In this document: positions 9,277-17,562 of the stretch, piece after piece | Position numbering within the stretch: the stretch's first letter is position 1 | Layout of the letters: every line of letters starts with the position of its first letter | Assembly: GCA_965261395.1 (NCBI GenBank) | Contig: OZ253462.1 | Location: 1,152,001 to 1,216,000, forward strand | Source of the DNA: Candidatus Latescibacterota bacterium | GTDB lineage: Bacteria > Latescibacterota > UBA2968 > UBA8231 | Reading direction: 5' to 3' | Length of the DNA stretch: 64,000 nt | Program-made: the position numbers and the translations under genes | Notes under the pieces: model-generated | The model's database searches: none | What the model saw: the letters and a program-made list of their open reading frames with translations, nothing else | What the model was told of the DNA's origin: nothing

Positions 9277-11484
9277 TCAGGGCGTCAGTTCGTGGTAGCG
9301 GTTGATTTGCGGGGTAGATAGAGTGGTGACCTTGCCACCGGGCCACTGCACTTCGACGGCTTCGACCTGCTCGCCGCGGCCCAAGCCGAAATGGCGGGTG
9401 GGCGAGCGCTGGGCGTCGAAGGACTCTCCAGTATAGACCCACTGCGTTTTGGTGCCTTGAGGCGAGCGCAGGATGATGCGCGCGCCGATGGGAGAGATGC
9501 CGGCCGCGCCCTGGAGGCGCACGCCGAGCCAGTTGTTGTCGCCGGGCCAGACATTGCGCAAGACGTGGACCCGCTCGCGGCGCGGAGTGCCGGACCACTC
9601 GCTGACCAATAGGTCCACGCGGCCGTCGGCGTCGATGTCCATGTCGAGCACGGTGCGCGCATCGAATTCAAAAGCCACGCCCATCAGATAGCCGATCTCG
9701 ACAAAGGAACGGCCCCCTCCGCTCAGGTAGAGCTTGTTGTGTTCGAAGCCGTTCCACGAAATACCCGAGCTGTTCCAGTCCGCAATCATCTCGTCAAAAA
9801 AACCAGCTAGTTGCGGGTCGGGCGCGGAGTCTCCGGTGTAGATGTCGTGGGTCCAGAACACAGTGCAGTAGTCTTGGGCGGTCTCGCCGCTGAGGTGGCC
9901 GTTGGCCACGTAGATTTCGTCGTCGCCGTCGTTGTCGAAGTCCGCGGAGGCCACGCCCCAAGACCACCCGGTGCGCGCCACTTGCTCCGTTCCTGGGGCG
10001 ATGCTAAACCGGGCGTCCTCACGTCCGAGGTAAAGCCGATTGCCAAAGCCCATGGCCCGGCGCTGCTGGTGGTGCTCGGGGTACTCCTCGCGCCCGAGGC
10101 CGAGGTAGTCGAGGCGGCGCGCCGTGGTCGAACTCATGCCCACTACGTACATGTCGAGGCGGCCGTCGGCATTGTAGTCGCCAAAGACGTGGGACATGCC
10201 AAAGGTCGAGGTCTCGCTGACGGTGCGGGAGGTGACATCGGCAAAGGTGCCGGTGCCGTCATTGTAGTACAGGTCGATGCCGGCGAAGTCGCTGACGACC
10301 AGCAGGTCGAGGTCGTCGTCGCCATCGAGATCGGCCAAGGATCCGCTATACGTGCGCCGCTTGCGCTTGGTTTCGAGGCCCGCACGGGCCGTGATGTCGG
10401 TGAAGCGGGCGCGCCCGTCGTTGCTCAGCAGGTACGCGGGATAGCCGTCGTTGGCGTCGTAGTACGGCGTGGGCATCTGCCCCCCGCGGTAGGGCAACCG
10501 GTACTGGCCAACCCACAGGTCGAGGTCGCCGTCGCCGTCTATGTCGCCCGCGCTCATGGCTTCGGGGTATTGCAGGGGACGAGTCGCAATGGCCAAGCCG
10601 GGTTGGTCGAAGCTCTTGCCGCCCTCGTAGAGACCCAGCAACTGACCGGGGCCGCCGACGATTAGGTCGGGCGCGCCATCGCCGGTAAAATCGGCCAAGA
10701 GTGCCACTTCGATGCGACCGCCCGGAGGTGGATACGCCAAAAGCGGCTCAGGCGCAAAGCGTCCGCCCTGGTTGCGGTAGAGCAAGTTGGCACCCAGCGC
10801 GAGCAAGTCGTCGAGACCATCGCCGTCGAGGTCGGCGGCGATGAGGGGCGAGAGCGCGGTGTCGTCCGCCAAGACGGCTGAAGAGGTAAAAGCGGGTGCG
10901 CCTCGGCGTTCGGTCAGCGTCAGCTTCGAGGCGTCGATGGTGGCGGGGATATAGTGCCCGGCCTCGTCTTGCTGCTCGCTCCAGGTGACGGACAGGTCGC
11001 CGCTGACGATTAGACGCCTAGCGCGGTTTTTGACGTGCAGTTTCAGATCTATTAAAGAGCGGGCTGGCCCGTCCTCTGCCGGGGTGAACTGCTTGTGGTG
11101 CCATTCGGATTGTTCGAGAACGAGGCCCTCATCTTCCCATTGTTCGAGTAGGGCCGACCACTGCCCTTGGTCGAGTGTGCGCGGCGGGCCGCCATAGTGC
11201 GTTTCGACGATGTCCCAGTCGTGCCCAACGCTATCCTGCCGGGTGCCGAGCAGCAGTTGGTCAAAGGGGAAGGCGGCCAGCACCGGCCGCGCCTCTTGGG
11301 CAGTGCGCAGTCGATCCCATAAGGCGACGAAGACGGCCTCGTACTGCTGGGCGCGACGCTCGTCGGACCAGACCGTGCGGTCCAGTTCGAGCCGTTGTTG
11401 GCGGATAGCAGCGGCACCCTGTGCCTCGGTGTGGTGCGGTGCCGCCAGAGAAAAGACGGCGAGTGTCGAGAGCAGTTTCAGCAT
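9277..11484 (-). CDS. CRTAC1-family protein (N-terminal extension, FG-GAP repeats, ASPIC/UnbV)
   Basis: Signal peptide, many DxDGDGxxD repeats, GWSWG, C-terminal PIGARI...HFGLG...VQWPGG. Confidence 0.9.
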   Translation of the reverse strand: MLKLLSTLAVFSLAAPHHTEAQGAAAIRQQRLELDRTVWSDERRAQQYEAVFVALWDRLRTAQEARPVLAAFPFDQLLLGTRQDSVGHDWDIVETHYGGPPRTLDQGQWSALLEQWEDEGLVLEQSEWHHKQFTPAEDGPARSLIDLKLHVKNRARRLIVSGDLSVTWSEQQDEAGHYIPATIDASKLTLTERRGAPAFTSSAVLADDTALSPLIAADLDGDGLDDLLALGANLLYRNQGGRFAPEPLLAYPPPGGRIEVALLADFTGDGAPDLIVGGPGQLLGLYEGGKSFDQPGLAIATRPLQYPEAMSAGDIDGDGDLDLWVGQYRLPYRGGQMPTPYYDANDGYPAYLLSNDGRARFTDITARAGLETKRKRRTYSGSLADLDGDDDLDLLVVSDFAGIDLYYNDGTGTFADVTSRTVSETSTFGMSHVFGDYNADGRLDMYVVGMSSTTARRLDYLGLGREEYPEHHQQRRAMGFGNRLYLGREDARFSIAPGTEQVARTGWSWGVASADFDNDGDDEIYVANGHLSGETAQDYCTVFWTHDIYTGDSAPDPQLAGFFDEMIADWNSSGISWNGFEHNKLYLSGGGRSFVEIGYLMGVAFEFDARTVLDMDIDADGRVDLLVSEWSGTPRRERVHVLRNVWPGDNNWLGVRLQGAAGISPIGARIILRSPQGTKTQWVYTGESFDAQRSPTRHFGLGRGEQVEAVEVQWPGGKVTTLSTPQINRYHELTP

Positions 11485-11607
11485 AATGTGGAACGATCAT
11501 GGAGGATATGGTGAAGAAAGGCCGACACCGGATAGGCAGACAGTATAGGCATCGCCGGTTTTTTTTCAAAGCGAGCGCTTGTCGCCCGAGTCCAAGCGGC
11601 GATGGTG

Positions 11608-12783
11608 CTATTCCTTGGACGGTCGGTAGCCCGCTCCGGCGTAAGTAGGAGCTTGGGGCCGGTAGTGCTCGTCGAATTGTGGATCCGGTGCTTGGAGCAC
11701 ATTGCGCTCCGGGTCCAAGGTGCCGCTCAGGTCGTCGATCTGGCCGCGGATGAAGCAGCCGCTAAAGCGGCGGCTGTCGAGTAAATCAACTTCGTAGCGG
11801 CTGCCGGGGGCGATGCCACCTTCGCGTACGTTCATCCAGAAAATAGTATTGCTGTACGCGCTGCCGCGACCCTTGTCGTCAACGCCATTCCAGTTGTCCG
11901 TGAAGGTGCAGTTGCGCACTTCGACGCGTGCCCCGGGAAAGACTGTCAACGCACCAGAGCCGTGCGCCTTGTTGTATTCGCCGCCGCCGCGACGACCCAC
12001 GTAGTCGGGGCCGGTATTGGCGACATTGCCGACGAAGAGGCAGTTGTCGAGCACGGCCGCGCTACCGGGAAGCACATCGACGGCTGCGCCGGTGATTTGG
12101 CAGCTATTGTTGCGGAAGACGGAGTTTTTGATCAGCACGGCCTCGGCGTCGAATCCCCGATGCTCAATGGAGATGCCGCCGCCGCAGGGGCTGGCGTAGT
12201 TGTCGTGGATTGCTAGCCCTTCGAGGGTTGGATAAGAACGGCCAAATACCTTGATGCCGCCGCCGTCGGCGTAAAAGAACAACCCCTTTTCCCAGCGCAC
12301 GCCGTTGGAGGAGTCCGGCTGAATTGGTTCAGGGCCTTCGCTGCGGCTGGCAAAGTTGTTGGCACCGGTGATGGTGAAACCGCGCAAGATGGTGCTCCGG
12401 GAGATGCCATCGCCAAAAAAGACCACGTGGTTGACGATGGCCGGGTAACTCGCCGCGTCGGGATCGGCTCGCTCGGCATGGGCGGCTGTCAGCACCACGC
12501 GCCCCACTGCTTCGAGCGCGATGCCATCGTGGCGGGCCGCGAAGAAGAGCATCGCTTGGCCGGCCTGCTGCGGCCGATAGGTCCCCGCATGAACCTTGAC
12601 GGTCTTGTGGATTGGGTCGCGGGCTGCCGCTTCGAGGGCCGCTTGGATGTCGTCTCCCGGATAGACGTGGTACGCGGCGTCTGCTTGGGGTTGTGGGGGC
12701 GGAGGATCGCAGCCTACATAGATAAAGAAAAACGCGAAAAAACGAGCTGCCGCCCGGCCGAAAAATGCCAAATTGCGAGACAC
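11608..12783 (-). CDS. Right-handed beta-helix (pectin lyase-fold) lipoprotein
   Basis: VYPGDDIQAAL, VHAGTY, LRGFTITG, GGGI, NCLFVGN, NCTFTDN; lipobox-like IYVGC. GTG 12783 preferred over 12849, which lies within the divergent promoter region. Confidence 0.7.
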   Translation of the reverse strand: MSRNLAFFGRAAARFFAFFFIYVGCDPPPPQPQADAAYHVYPGDDIQAALEAAARDPIHKTVKVHAGTYRPQQAGQAMLFFAARHDGIALEAVGRVVLTAAHAERADPDAASYPAIVNHVVFFGDGISRSTILRGFTITGANNFASRSEGPEPIQPDSSNGVRWEKGLFFYADGGGIKVFGRSYPTLEGLAIHDNYASPCGGGISIEHRGFDAEAVLIKNSVFRNNSCQITGAAVDVLPGSAAVLDNCLFVGNVANTGPDYVGRRGGGEYNKAHGSGALTVFPGARVEVRNCTFTDNWNGVDDKGRGSAYSNTIFWMNVREGGIAPGSRYEVDLLDSRRFSGCFIRGQIDDLSGTLDPERNVLQAPDPQFDEHYRPQAPTYAGAGYRPSKE

Positions 12784-12791
12784 TTTCTTTC

Positions 12792-12820
12792 TTGACTTAA
12801 GTTTTAGATGCATATATAAT
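12792..12820 (+). promoter_or_regulatory. Sigma70-type promoter for the TPR/envelope cluster
   Basis: TTGACT (12792-12797), 17-bp spacer, TATAAT (12815-12820), in an AT-rich divergent intergenic region. Confidence 0.75.
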
Positions 12821-12900
12821 ATCCGAATCTTAAATAATATATAAGACAAGCACTTGCAACGTTTTTAGCTACCACTCTGGTTCCGGAGAGAATCTACGAC

Positions 12901-14424
12901 ATGTCCTATTCGCCCGTGGATCGCATCGCCTTCCTCGCCCTCCTCTCAATCGGGGGATGCGGCGAAGTGCGGCAGGAGTCGCCAACGGGCGATCCACTGC
13001 TCGTGGTGGGGAGGGCCTATTTGGATCAGGGCCAGTACGACCAAGCGGTGGCCGTGTACCAAGAGGCCGTCCGCCGCGATTCGCTGTCCCGTGACGCGCA
13101 CTTTTACTTAGGCTTGGCGCATTTGCAGCGCAAGAGCACGGCTGCGGCCGCGCACTTTGCACGGGCCATTGCGCTGGATTCGACGTATATTCCCTCCTAC
13201 CACAATTTGGCCATCGCCCACCTCGAAGCAGGCCGCTATCCGCAGGCCGTAGAGGCGGCGGAAGTCGCGCTGCGCTTCGATCCCCAATCGCCTAGCTCCT
13301 ATCGCTTGTTGGCCTTCTTGCACAAGGAGCAGGGGCAATACGAGCGCGCCGAAGAGGCCCTGCTTAAGGCGCTTTACATCGCTCCAAAAGACGTGGAAGC
13401 GCGGCAGGCCCTGGCTTTGCTCTACAGCCAGCAGGGCCGCAGTGAGCGCGCGGAAGAGGTTTTAGTGGAAGCAGTCGAGTTGGCACCAAAGCGCAAAGAA
13501 ATCTGGCGGGACATGGGACGGCTCTACTTGAACGAGAAGCGGTACGACGAAGCAGCGCAGGCGCTCAACCGGGCCGTAGCGCTCGACGCCAACTACGGCG
13601 AGGCGTACCACGACTTGGCGAATTTGTACTCGGCCCAAGGCCGCTACGACGAAGCCGAAGCCATGCTCGCACGCTTAGAGGGGTTGCTCGACTTGGCGGA
13701 TCGGGAGGAGACCTTGGAAAAGGTGCTGGAGAAGGACCCCGACAATGTGGAGGCGCGGTTGGCGCTGGGCCGAGCGCAGACGCGCTTGGGGCGCTACGCA
13801 GACGCGCTAAGTACGTACAAGGAAGTGCTCAGCCGCGCGCCCGAGCACGTTGAGGCGCTGGCCGCGGTAGTCCAGCTCCACCTGCGGCAGGGCGATGTCG
13901 AGCGCGCCGCGCACTTGGCTGGCAAAATCGCGGCGCACGAGCCTCGGGGCCGGCGCGCGCCCGAAGCGCATTTTACCATGGGCTTTGCCCACGCGCAAAA
14001 GCAGCGTTGGGCCGAGGCCGAGGCCGCGTTTTTCCGCGCCTTGGATATCGACGCCTGCTACGCCAAGGCGCACAATGCCTTGGGCAATGTCTATGCCCTG
14101 CAGGGCGCCTTGGGAAAAGCCATCAGCGCCTATCGGGCCGCCCTCTCCTGCGATGCTGAGTTGCGCGATGCGTACTACGGATTGGGCATGGCCTTGGCCC
14201 GGCGCGAGTCCTTGACGGAGGCCATCGCCCAGTTCGAGGAGGTCGTGCGGCGCGATTCCACTCATGCGCGCTCCCACTACGCGCTGGGCCAAGCCTACGA
14301 GCAACAGGGTGAAGCCGCGGCAGCGCGACTCGCCTACGGGGCCTTTGTCCGGCACTGGCGCGGCGACGAGAAGGTGCTGGCGGCGGCTCAGAGCCGCATT
14401 GAGCATTTGCGAACACTTCAGTAG
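12901..14424 (+). CDS. TPR-repeat lipoprotein
   Basis: LSIGGC lipobox followed by many TPR units (AYHDLANLY, AHNALGNVY, SHYALGQAY). Confidence 0.9.
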   Translation: MSYSPVDRIAFLALLSIGGCGEVRQESPTGDPLLVVGRAYLDQGQYDQAVAVYQEAVRRDSLSRDAHFYLGLAHLQRKSTAAAAHFARAIALDSTYIPSYHNLAIAHLEAGRYPQAVEAAEVALRFDPQSPSSYRLLAFLHKEQGQYERAEEALLKALYIAPKDVEARQALALLYSQQGRSERAEEVLVEAVELAPKRKEIWRDMGRLYLNEKRYDEAAQALNRAVALDANYGEAYHDLANLYSAQGRYDEAEAMLARLEGLLDLADREETLEKVLEKDPDNVEARLALGRAQTRLGRYADALSTYKEVLSRAPEHVEALAAVVQLHLRQGDVERAAHLAGKIAAHEPRGRRAPEAHFTMGFAHAQKQRWAEAEAAFFRALDIDACYAKAHNALGNVYALQGALGKAISAYRAALSCDAELRDAYYGLGMALARRESLTEAIAQFEEVVRRDSTHARSHYALGQAYEQQGEAAAARLAYGAFVRHWRGDEKVLAAAQSRIEHLRTLQ

Positions 14425-14541
14425 ATTACAACCTCACAAGAGAAAGGAGGTCGTTACCAAAGTAAGTGCAGTGCAACGAAAGCATTTTAATTATAATACT
14501 ATGCCCCATTGTGGCGGGCGTTTTAACTAAAACCAAGGAGG

Positions 14542-15492
14542 ATGATTTTGAAAAAAATCACTGTTTTGCTCGCACTGGCTCTGTGCGTGGGCGTCGTCGC
14601 TCCGGCTACGGCGCACGTGCCCGAGGGCGCGGTGCGCACAGCTTTCCAGTGGCCGGCGGGCCTTGAGCCAACGCTGGACGGCGATCTGTCCGAATGGTCG
14701 ATCGTGCCCGATGACTACTCGATTGCCTTTGCCGAGCACACCGAGTTCAACGGCGAAAGGCCGGCCGATTTCGGCGACTTGAACTTCCGCACCATCGTTG
14801 GCTGGAGCGAGTCCACCAATAGCATCTACTTGATGATGGAGCGCTTTGACGACTTCTACGATCGCGACGCCCAAGGCGGCGTGGCCGGCGGCGACGATAG
14901 CTGGGAAATGCACGTCGATGGCGACCACAGCGGCGATCAGATGCGCTTCGGCACCGCCGACATAGAGAACGAGGAAGAGCGCGCCTTGGCCCAAGGCCGC
15001 TGGTCGCAGTCCTATCACACCCGCTTCCCGAACCTCGGCCCCGATGGCCAGGAAAGCTGGTCGTGGTTTTGGATGACCCAAGCGCAGTGGCACGACGAAC
15101 TGCCCTACGCCGACCACGGCTTCCGCTTGGACGGCCAAATCGGCGGCGGCGAGGCCACGGCCTTTATCGAGGTGCGGCGCCAATCCTGGGATGACTTTCT
15201 CTTCAACGACCCGGACGGCAGCGTCATCCACGACTACAACGAGGGCGAGATCACCGGCTTGGGCTGGGCGGTCTTCGACAGCGATGTAGCCGGTGCCGAC
15301 GGCGGCGTTGGCCAGGATGCCGAGCACTCCGGTCAGTGGTCTCTTTCGGGCGCCACCGATGTGTGGAAAACCACGGCTTCGGCCACGGATTTCCTGCTGG
15401 CACCCGTTGATCCGCGCGTCGATTTCAGCGCGATTGAGAGCGCGGTCGAGGAGAATAGCTGGGGTCGCATCAAGTCCGCTTTCGTCCAGTAA
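14542..15492 (+). CDS. Secreted DOMON/CBM9-like protein with C-terminal 'SAVEENSWGRIKS' motif
   Basis: Strong RBS AAGGAGG, signal peptide (ATA-H), PTLDGDLSEW, DDSWEMHVDGDHSG, acidic and Trp-rich. Confidence 0.7.
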   Translation: MILKKITVLLALALCVGVVAPATAHVPEGAVRTAFQWPAGLEPTLDGDLSEWSIVPDDYSIAFAEHTEFNGERPADFGDLNFRTIVGWSESTNSIYLMMERFDDFYDRDAQGGVAGGDDSWEMHVDGDHSGDQMRFGTADIENEEERALAQGRWSQSYHTRFPNLGPDGQESWSWFWMTQAQWHDELPYADHGFRLDGQIGGGEATAFIEVRRQSWDDFLFNDPDGSVIHDYNEGEITGLGWAVFDSDVAGADGGVGQDAEHSGQWSLSGATDVWKTTASATDFLLAPVDPRVDFSAIESAVEENSWGRIKSAFVQ

Positions 15493-15512
15493 GCGGGCAG
15501 TATTTAGGATGC

Positions 15513-15555
15513 AAGAACGAGGGGGGATGGGCTAGTTCCATCCCCTCTTCTTCTT
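15513..15555 (+). terminator. Intergenic stem-loop after the DOMON-like gene (terminator, attenuator or mRNA stabiliser)
   Basis: GGGGATGG-GCTAGTT-CCATCCCC stem, extendable by AAGAA/TTCTT. Confidence 0.55.
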
Positions 15556-15567
15556 GGAGGTGCCATT

Positions 15568-17550
15568 GTGAATGTGAACACGAAGGGGCGACCGGCCGGT
15601 CGCCCGTACTTACAGCGCACGACGCGGCTTATCGCGGCCCTGTTGGCTTTGTTCGGCAGCCAGCCAAGCACGGCCTTGGTCGTCTATCGCATCGGCGGCG
15701 AGAGCCTGCCGCCTCCGGCCGAGGTGGAGGCTGGTGCTGAGTTCCGCCAGTTGAGCTGGGCCGACTTAGACAAGAATCTCGGCGGCCAGAGCTTTGGGCT
15801 CGCGCTCAGTGAGCAGATCACGCCGTTTTTCTACAACGAGGGCGATAATATGGCGACGACCTTGAGCGGGGTCAGCGGCAATTTTCAGCACGGCGCGTAC
15901 AATGGTTTTGAAAATGTCGGCGACGAGTTGCGGTTGGTGATCGACGGGGACCCGACGACGTTTTTCTTAGAGACTCGTCCTAGGGAACACGCTCATAACT
16001 TCCACGGCACGGCTTTGTTCTTTGACCTCGGCGGCGACTTTGCGACGCGGTTGGTCCGCTTTATCCCGCAGGCAGGCAGCGAGCGCTCGGTCGCCCACGT
16101 CATCGTCGCCGCGCAGACCGAGGCCGGGGGTGGCGTTGATGAGATTGAATTCGTCGGAACGAGTGCGCTCAATCGGTCGCTGAGGGATCCCAAGCAAAAA
16201 AAGGGCATTGAGCTAAAGGTGGTCGCGGAAATCCTGGAAAACAAAGATCCGCAGCTCGACATTGAGCTAGACGGGACGCCCATCCGCTATTTGATGATTC
16301 ACGTGATGCCCCAAAATGAGATATGGGACTTGGCTGAGTTGGAGGTGTACGGCGGCGGTTTCCAAGGCTCGGCCTCGCACCAGTCCAACGTTCTCGACCT
16401 AGGCGAATTCGCCAATTTGGGCTGGGTGCGCTGGGGAGGGCGGCGGGACGAAGGGGCGCAAGTGGAGATCCGCTCTCGCGCCGGTGGTGACGAGACGCCG
16501 CTGGTGTACTGGCGCAAGACCTTCCGCGGCGACGAGCAGGTACCCTTTGGCGAGGACGGCAAGCTGCTGACCCGCAAAACCTATGGCCGCTTGGGGCCGA
16601 TTGTGCGCGGGGCCATCACCGACGACACCGCCCAATGGGAGCTGTGGTCGTCGCCGTACGAATTCGCCGACAGCGCGGGCGTAGCCCTGCGGGCGACGCG
16701 CTCCCATCGCTACATGCAGTTCGGGATAGCATTCAAATCCTTCGGCCAAGCCGGCGGCCAACTCGACTATCTCGAATTCGCCGTTTCCCCGCGCTTGGTG
16801 ACCGGCTTAGTCGGCGAGGTCAATCCTTGGCAAGCGGCAGTGGCTGAGGAACGCACGTTCACCTATGCATTGCGCCCGACGATTGAACCCGGCGACCAAG
16901 GATTTGACGGTTTGGACCTGCGCTTGGTCGGCGGCCGGATCGTCGGCGTGGAGGCCGTGCGCCTCAGCGGCGCACCCGTGGCGGATTTCAGCGCCGTGGC
17001 CGAGGATGCCGGCGTAATGTTGGGTTTCCCGCGGCTGGATGTCGCGCGTAGCGGCGAGCTGCTTGAAGTGGATTTACGCGCCGAAATTTTCCGCTTTGGC
17101 GCAATTTTTGAAGGTCGGGTGATCGACAGCACAGCGCCGGGGGAAATCGGGCAACTCGTGGCCGCTGGCGAGGCCAGCGAGCTAGTGGACGGCAACCAAC
17201 TTTCGGTGCAGGCGATGACCCTAAACGATAGGGTCTTAGGGGCGGTGTCGCTGAGCGCTGCGGCGTTTACGCCCAACGGCGATCAGATCAACGACCAAGT
17301 GGAGATTGCCTACGAACTGCTCAAAGTGACCGAGCCGGTGTCGGTGGAGGTGCTGGTGCGGGATTTGAGTGGCCGCTTGGTGCGGCGCGTGTACTCAGAC
17401 GCCGATGGCGCAGGTCGGCATCCGCGCCAATGGGACGGGCGCGACGAGGCTGGCCAGCAGGTGGCACCCGGTCTGTACATCTGCCAAGTCGAGGTCGAGA
17501 GTGGTGGGCAGCGCCAAGTGCAAATGCGGCCCATTGCCGTCGCCTATTGA
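15568..17550 (+). CDS. Secreted protein, paralog 1, with discoidin-like region and C-terminal PNGD/FlgD-Ig domain
   Basis: Signal peptide; IDGDPTT, LAELEVYGGGF, SNVLDLG, WSSPY, FTPNGDQIND...RDLSGRLVR...WDGRD...PGLY. Confidence 0.75.
   Translation: MNVNTKGRPAGRPYLQRTTRLIAALLALFGSQPSTALVVYRIGGESLPPPAEVEAGAEFRQLSWADLDKNLGGQSFGLALSEQITPFFYNEGDNMATTLSGVSGNFQHGAYNGFENVGDELRLVIDGDPTTFFLETRPREHAHNFHGTALFFDLGGDFATRLVRFIPQAGSERSVAHVIVAAQTEAGGGVDEIEFVGTSALNRSLRDPKQKKGIELKVVAEILENKDPQLDIELDGTPIRYLMIHVMPQNEIWDLAELEVYGGGFQGSASHQSNVLDLGEFANLGWVRWGGRRDEGAQVEIRSRAGGDETPLVYWRKTFRGDEQVPFGEDGKLLTRKTYGRLGPIVRGAITDDTAQWELWSSPYEFADSAGVALRATRSHRYMQFGIAFKSFGQAGGQLDYLEFAVSPRLVTGLVGEVNPWQAAVAEERTFTYALRPTIEPGDQGFDGLDLRLVGGRIVGVEAVRLSGAPVADFSAVAEDAGVMLGFPRLDVARSGELLEVDLRAEIFRFGAIFEGRVIDSTAPGEIGQLVAAGEASELVDGNQLSVQAMTLNDRVLGAVSLSAAAFTPNGDQINDQVEIAYELLKVTEPVSVEVLVRDLSGRLVRRVYSDADGAGRHPRQWDGRDEAGQQVAPGLYICQVEVESGGQRQVQMRPIAVAY
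15586..15605. repeat. Perfect 20-bp GC-rich palindrome (REP-like) in the 5' end of the CDS
   Basis: GGGCGACCGG|CCGGTCGCCC followed by GTAC. Confidence 0.7.
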
Positions 17551-17562
17551 GGAGCAGGGGCC

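Noticed and set aside
5463-11484. Enediyne biosynthetic cluster suggested by UnbV domains
   Set aside because: No PKS, thioesterase or UnbU/UnbL-like genes in the window; ASPIC/UnbV proteins are widespread.
14440-14480. Strong SD-like GAAAGGAGGT suggesting a small ORF
   Set aside because: No start codon at a suitable spacing.
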